DNA from: Prochlorococcus marinus str. NATL2A
GTDB lineage: Bacteria; Cyanobacteriota; Cyanobacteriia; PCC-6307; Cyanobiaceae
Assembly: GCF_000012465.1 (NCBI RefSeq)
Contig: NC_007335.2
Location: 600,001 to 632,000, forward strand
Reading direction: 5' to 3'
DNA length: 32,000 bases
In this document: piece by piece, positions 27,780-32,000 of the stretch
How the letters are laid out: each line of letters opens with the position of its first letter
Numbering within the stretch: position 1 is the stretch's first letter
Notes under the pieces: generated by a model
Database searches by the model: none
Told to the model about the DNA's origin: nothing
The model's input: only the letters and a program-made list of their open reading frames with translations
Translations under genes and position numbers: made by a program

Positions 27780-28802
27780 ATGAAAGAAAAATCAAATATT
27801 TTCAATAGAGATAAACCTTTAACTGTAATGATAACAGGTGGTTCATCGGGTATTGGTTTTCAAGCAGTTTTAAAATTAATTTCCCTTGGTCATAATATAA
27901 TTTTACCTTGTAAAAATATATCTCGAGCGAATGAGGTGTTGACTAATTTATTTAATCATTCTTTAGATGAATCATCTAACAAAGGGGAAATTTATACTCC
28001 AATAATGGATCTTTCTGATTTGAGTAGTATTGATTCTTTATGTTCTGAGGTTAAAAATAGACGTTGGACTATTGATGTTTTAATTTTGAATGCTGGTCTT
28101 CAATATACAGGATCAAAAACACCTAGAAGGTCCACTCAAGGAATAGAATTAACTTTTGCCGTTAACCATTTATCACATTTCTATCTGACACAAAAGATTT
28201 TACCTTTTATAGATATAAGAAATGATCCAAAAATAATTATTACTTCTTCAGAAGTTCATAATCCTAATAGTGGTGGAGGAAAAGTGGGAGCTAAGGCAAG
28301 CTTAGGAAAATTAAAAGGATTAATATCTGGTGCCGGTTTTGAAATGATTGATGGAAATAAATTTAATGCTGATAAAGCATATAAAGATAGTAAATTATGT
28401 AATATTCTTTTTGCAAGAAAGTTAAGTGATAATTTTATGAAAAAGAAATTATCAATTCCAGTTATAGCATGGGCACCAGGCTTGGTTATCTCTAGAGATA
28501 ACCAAGGATTTTTTAGGTACAGCAGGAAATACAATCAATTAGGACAAATATTATTTGCCTTTTTAGCTAGAGATATTCTAAAAATAACCACATCAAATAA
28601 AAAAGCAGGCTTACTTTTAAGCAATCTAGCTTGTTTAAGTAAATATACAAAACCTGGTTTCAACTATTATAGTAATAAAATTATTTCATCTGGTAAATTC
28701 ATTTTTGATGAAACCGAAATAAGTAATGATGCCCAAAGAGGAGATTTATCAGATAATTTATGGGAGTTATCTAAATCTCTAATAGATAAGATAAATAAAT
28801 AA
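27780..28802 (+). CDS. Protochlorophyllide-oxidoreductase-like SDR (divergent POR paralog)
   Basis: 340 aa. VMITGGSSGIGFQA, NAG, YKDSKLCNILFARKL, and a POR-type insertion GGGKVGAKASLGKLKGLISGAGFEMIDGNKFNADKAY. This parallels the GGKIP...NNKKFKSGKAYKDSKLCN region of cyanobacterial POR as I recall it. Confidence 0.75.
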   Translation: MKEKSNIFNRDKPLTVMITGGSSGIGFQAVLKLISLGHNIILPCKNISRANEVLTNLFNHSLDESSNKGEIYTPIMDLSDLSSIDSLCSEVKNRRWTIDVLILNAGLQYTGSKTPRRSTQGIELTFAVNHLSHFYLTQKILPFIDIRNDPKIIITSSEVHNPNSGGGKVGAKASLGKLKGLISGAGFEMIDGNKFNADKAYKDSKLCNILFARKLSDNFMKKKLSIPVIAWAPGLVISRDNQGFFRYSRKYNQLGQILFAFLARDILKITTSNKKAGLLLSNLACLSKYTKPGFNYYSNKIISSGKFIFDETEISNDAQRGDLSDNLWELSKSLIDKINK

Positions 28803-28821
28803 ATATCACTTATTTATTTAT
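28791..28821. terminator. AT-only hairpin spanning both stop codons of convergent genes (possible weak bidirectional terminator)
   Basis: ATAAATAAATAA (28791-28802) is the reverse complement of TTATTTATTTAT (28810-28821), with a 7-nt loop ATATCAC. There are no G:C pairs, so stability is low. Confidence 0.3.
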
Positions 28822-29826
28822 ATGAATTGTTTGGGTTGGATATGCGAAGTTAATATTTTCATTTTGGAATTTCTTCATGATCTCTAGATTAATTTCTTGC
28901 TGAGCTGACATTGCTAGAAGATAATCACTTGTAGGGATGTAATAGACTAGTTCAAAATCAAGACTGCTATTTGAGAATTCGATAAAATGACATCGGTCGA
29001 AGATCGCATTTTCAGTTTTATCAACAATATTTTTTATCATCATAGGTATGCTTTTTGTTTGATCATATGTAGTTTCATAGACCACACCTAATTTATGAAC
29101 CAGTCTTCTTTTTTTCATCTCAGCATAATTTGAGATTACTCCATTTGTTAGTCGGCTATTGCTCATTACTATTGCTTCTCCGTTAATACTTCTTAGGCGT
29201 GTTGATCTAACACCTACTCTCTCAACCTTTGCCCAGATCCCATCAATATGAATGAACTGTCCACTTTGAAATGGTTTATCTAGGAGTATCGTTATGTATT
29301 CGAAGAACTCTTGAACTGGTTCCTTTAATGCAAGTCCAGCTCCTATACCTCCTGCACTTAAAAGAGCCCAAATGGCTGCCATTTGGACACCCATATTTTG
29401 AAGGTAAAAAATAACTCCTAGACTCCAAACAGATGCCCCAACCATTGGACTAAGTGAACGAATCATTTCACTTATGGATTGATCATTGATTTTACTTGCC
29501 CATCTTTGTATTATCTTTAAAAATACTCTATTTATAAATCTGACAATATAAATAAGGCATAGAAACTTACTAATACCAATCAATGTCTTATCAACTATTC
29601 CACCAATCAGTAAGACTTTCCATGCAACTATGAAACTTAAGATAAACCCTAAAGGTTTAATAGTCTCAATTAAAAGAATAGCTATGTAGTCATCAGTTTT
29701 GCTTTGAGTCGCAGAGGTTATTCTCCTTAAAACCTTTTTTAGGATTTTTGAACTTACCAGGGAAATAATGCAACCAACGCTAAAAGTAAGTAATGAAATG
29801 ATTATGTTTTTATAAAAATCGTCCAT
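28810..29826 (-). CDS. Small-conductance mechanosensitive channel (MscS family)
   Basis: 338 aa. N-terminal transmembrane helices followed by the MscS beta-domain pattern GQFIHIDGIWAKVERVGVRSTRLRSINGEAIVMSNSRLTNGVISNY. Confidence 0.85.
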   Translation of the reverse strand: MDDFYKNIIISLLTFSVGCIISLVSSKILKKVLRRITSATQSKTDDYIAILLIETIKPLGFILSFIVAWKVLLIGGIVDKTLIGISKFLCLIYIVRFINRVFLKIIQRWASKINDQSISEMIRSLSPMVGASVWSLGVIFYLQNMGVQMAAIWALLSAGGIGAGLALKEPVQEFFEYITILLDKPFQSGQFIHIDGIWAKVERVGVRSTRLRSINGEAIVMSNSRLTNGVISNYAEMKKRRLVHKLGVVYETTYDQTKSIPMMIKNIVDKTENAIFDRCHFIEFSNSSLDFELVYYIPTSDYLLAMSAQQEINLEIMKKFQNENINFAYPTQTIHINK

Positions 29827-29891
29827 GATGTCAGATTACTTTTCTTCAGACTGCCTGAAAAAATTGATTTGTCTAGATATTTTCTAATTAT

Positions 29892-30503
29892 TTAATTTGA
29901 AAATGAATTTTTTAAAATTTTACTTACCTCCCTAAATTCTTTTCTATTTGAGGTCTTACATAATTCACATATTAGACTTTCAGTCGTGGATGCAACTGCA
30001 CCAGATAATATAAGCCTTAAAAAAGCAGTATCATTGTCCATTTTATTTCTACTTCCAATAGCATCTCTTGGGATTAAAATGTTTAATCCTTGTTGTAAAA
30101 GATCCATCGATGTTTGAAGAACACATATATGACTCTCAATCCCACTTACTATAATATTTTTAAAATTATAATCATTTATATACTTAATAAAGTTCTTATT
30201 GTTAATACAACTAAATTCCATTTTTTCAAATTTAGGATATTCATTATTATCTGTAATAGATTCTAGAGTCTTCCCAAGCTTCAATGGATTTTGTTCCGTA
30301 ATAGCGATACGAACATCAAGCAAATTGCAGGTATCAATAAGCTTTTTTATGTTAAATATTAATTGTTGATTGTCTTTTATATTCTTTATAAGCTTTTTTT
30401 GCACATCTACTATAAGTAGTAATGTTTCATCCTCTACTATTATTTTATTATTATTATTATTTGTATTGATTGGGTTTGGATTTGTTTTTATGAATTGATC
30501 CAT
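29892..30503 (-). CDS. Isochorismatase-family cysteine hydrolase
   Basis: 203 aa. LLIVDVQKK, ITEQ and GIESHICVLQT (nucleophile Cys context). The N-terminus has a poly-Asn tract. Confidence 0.8.
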   Translation of the reverse strand: MDQFIKTNPNPINTNNNNNKIIVEDETLLLIVDVQKKLIKNIKDNQQLIFNIKKLIDTCNLLDVRIAITEQNPLKLGKTLESITDNNEYPKFEKMEFSCINNKNFIKYINDYNFKNIIVSGIESHICVLQTSMDLLQQGLNILIPRDAIGSRNKMDNDTAFLRLILSGAVASTTESLICELCKTSNRKEFREVSKILKNSFSN

Positions 30504-30640
30504 CTTAGAATTTCTTTCTGTTTATCTAAATATAAATCATCTAATAAATTTAAACATAATTTTTATCGAAAAGAATCTGAATAAGCTTTCCTTTTTGTTG
30601 CGGGCTGTTCTCATTACGCTATGCTATTGAGAAAGCAAAG

Positions 30641-31105
30641 TTGATATTGGTTTCTCCCCCTGCCTATCGAAGTCATCCTTCTCCTTTTGAATCTGGCCTT
30701 CGTTCAGATGGTAAAAGAATGACCCCTCAAAGGAAAAAGGTTCTTTCTCTGTTTGAAGAGATTGGCTCTGGAATCCATCTCAGCGCGGAGGAGGTACATT
30801 CCAAGTTGACAATTTCTGGGGAGAAGGTTTCTCTTGCGACTATTTACAGAACTTTAAGACTCTTGGTCAAGATGACCTTCCTTAATGAACTTGATTTAAG
30901 TGAGGGAGGGAATAGGTTCGAATTGCTTAGTCATGACCATCCAGATCATCATCATTTGATTTGTATTCGTTGTGGTAGAACTGAAGAGTTTGAAAATAAT
31001 AATGTTATTAATGCTGGTAAAGCAGCAGCTAAAAACTTTGGATTTAAATTATTGGAGTCATCGTTAAATGTGAGAGCTTTATGTCCCAAGTGTTCTAACA
31101 AATAA
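30641..31105 (+). CDS. Fur-family metalloregulator (Fur/Zur/PerR type not resolved)
   Basis: RMTPQRKKVLSLF winged-helix start, HPDHHHLICIRCGRTEEF and C-terminal LCPKC (two CxxC pairs). The TTG at 30641 is uncertain as the start. The ATG at 30719 would truncate helix 1, so the real start is probably upstream of it. Confidence 0.8.
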   Translation: MILVSPPAYRSHPSPFESGLRSDGKRMTPQRKKVLSLFEEIGSGIHLSAEEVHSKLTISGEKVSLATIYRTLRLLVKMTFLNELDLSEGGNRFELLSHDHPDHHHLICIRCGRTEEFENNNVINAGKAAAKNFGFKLLESSLNVRALCPKCSNK

Positions 31106-31114
31106 ACCTTTTTT

Positions 31115-32000
31115 TTAAGTTAATTCTCCACCACAACTTGAACCCGCTCCAGCAGTACATCCAAAACAATGATTCCCTGTTGAAATAGGATTATTCTTTA
31201 AAGAGACAAGTGGAATCAATAGATCATTCAAATGCTTCACGTTACCATTTCTCTTCATCCCAAGTTGTTGGTTGAAATCACAATCATATAAAAAACCTTT
31301 CCAATCAACACTAAGAGTTGATCTACACATTACTGAATTAATATTTCCTGGATTATGATTATCTTTGAGTAATTTATTATACTCTTCTAGTTTTCCAATT
31401 GTTTTTAAATAGTTCTCATATCTATTAATTGGCATATTCGCTAAAACATATAAATTCGAGAAAAAAATACCATACCTTTCTTTTAGTTCGCGTCTATAAA
31501 TATCTTCTAGCTCTTTTTGAGATGGTGGAAGTTGTGGAGTACTTGGATTATAGACTAGATTCAAAAGCAGACCTTTATCTTTTATGCCGTAACCTAAATT
31601 GTTAAGCTGTTTAAGAGCTAATATACTTTTTTCAAAAACACCTTTTCCTCGTTGTTTGTCTACATTGCCCTCTAGATAACAAGGAAGAGATGCAGTTATT
31701 TGTACTTTATTTGATGCTAAAAAACCTGCTAAACTTTCGTAACCCGGCTCTTTAAGGATTGTTAAATTACATCTGTCCATAACTTCAACATTAAGACTAC
31801 GTACTTCTATTACTAATTGTTTAAATTTAGGATGAAGCTCGGGGGCTCCTCCGGTAATATCTAGAAGCTTAATTTCGTTAGCTTTGATAACTTTAGGTAT
31901 GAGTTTTATGATATCATCGCTCATCATTTCTGTTCTGCTTGGACTAGAATCAACATGACAATGACTGCAGGCTTGATTACATTTATAGCCTATGTTTATT
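31115..32000 (-). CDS. arsS: ArsS-like radical SAM / Cys-rich domain protein (arsenosugar-biosynthesis-type), 5' end beyond the window
   Basis: The track ORF starts at 31927, but the frame stays open to the window edge. My translation of 32000-31928 gives ..INIGYKCNQACSHCHVDSSPSRTE, which is the CX3CX2C radical SAM motif. Downstream motifs: LDITGGAPELHP, DRCNLTIL, ASLPCY..NVDKQRGKGVF and the C-terminal CFGCTAGAGSSCGG. Confidence 0.75.
   Translation of the reverse strand, partial: INIGYKCNQACSHCHVDSSPSRTEMMSDDIIKLIPKVIKANEIKLLDITGGAPELHPKFKQLVIEVRSLNVEVMDRCNLTILKEPGYESLAGFLASNKVQITASLPCYLEGNVDKQRGKGVFEKSILALKQLNNLGYGIKDKGLLLNLVYNPSTPQLPPSQKELEDIYRRELKERYGIFFSNLYVLANMPINRYENYLKTIGKLEEYNKLLKDNHNPGNINSVMCRSTLSVDWKGFLYDCDFNQQLGMKRNGNVKHLNDLLIPLVSLKNNPISTGNHCFGCTAGAGSSCGGELT

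Noticed and set aside
214-28534. The remaining short (61-120 aa) track ORFs nested antisense or out of frame inside confidently assigned genes. By start coordinate: 214, 435, 3194, 4918, 6420, 7003, 7251, 7656, 10495, 11805, 12432, 13167, 14933, 16398, 20923, 21249, 22017, 22396, 23275, 26588, 26755, 28256.
   Set aside because: Each is fully contained in, or largely overlaps, a gene with clear family motifs. None shows a motif of its own. This is standard shadow-ORF behaviour.
31115-31927. The track's ATG at 31927 (MMSDD...) as the true start of the radical SAM gene.
   Set aside because: The frame remains open to the window edge and encodes the CNQACSHC radical SAM cluster motif upstream of that ATG. 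The gene is therefore 5'-truncated by the window rather than starting at 31927.
1-32000. A search for CRISPR arrays, IS elements, integrases, phage structural genes or island-bounding direct repeats.
   Set aside because: I saw no regularly spaced direct repeats. No ORF has transposase (DDE), tyrosine/serine recombinase or capsid/terminase-like motifs. The only repeats found are the short microsatellites and hairpins listed above.

Overview
This AT-rich window reads as a chromosomal segment of a marine picocyanobacterium, most likely Prochlorococcus. GC in 60-nt lines I counted by hand ranges from about 20% to about 48%. The taxon call is an inference from gene content: a Pcb/IsiA-family chlorophyll a/b antenna gene, a CrtL-type lycopene cyclase, solanesyl-diphosphate synthase, a DUF1350 protein, a POR-like reductase, and very tight gene packing. 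I count about 37 protein-coding genes. Bases 1-18965 are mostly housekeeping: murF, glmU, aroA, a ubiD-like gene, comB-like, a nitrilase-family gene, amiC, murI, sds, acs, hisS and ugd. They sit in two tightly packed co-directional gene arrays. Bases 19000-20634 hold a cluster of small orphan ORFs and an unusually long noncoding stretch upstream of pcb. Bases 23400-30500 are a lower-GC patch of accessory-looking genes: a GST-like protein, a membrane-anchored T5orf172/GIY-YIG-like protein, two SDRs, crtL, an MscS channel and an isochorismatase-family hydrolase. After that come a Fur-family regulator and a 5'-truncated ArsS-like radical SAM gene at the right edge. I found no rRNA, tRNA, CRISPR array, transposase, integrase or prophage module. 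I do not see a clearly delimited novel multi-gene system. The best second-look candidates are all hypotheses that need database and structure checks:
- the T5orf172-transmembrane fusion with its small membrane-protein neighbour;
- the DnaQ-like exonuclease with a DUF5710-like tail;
- the small-ORF cluster and structured leader upstream of pcb;
- a perfect 22-23 bp hairpin downstream of pcb;
- the POR paralog divergent from a crtL-SDR gene pair whose stop and start codons overlap.
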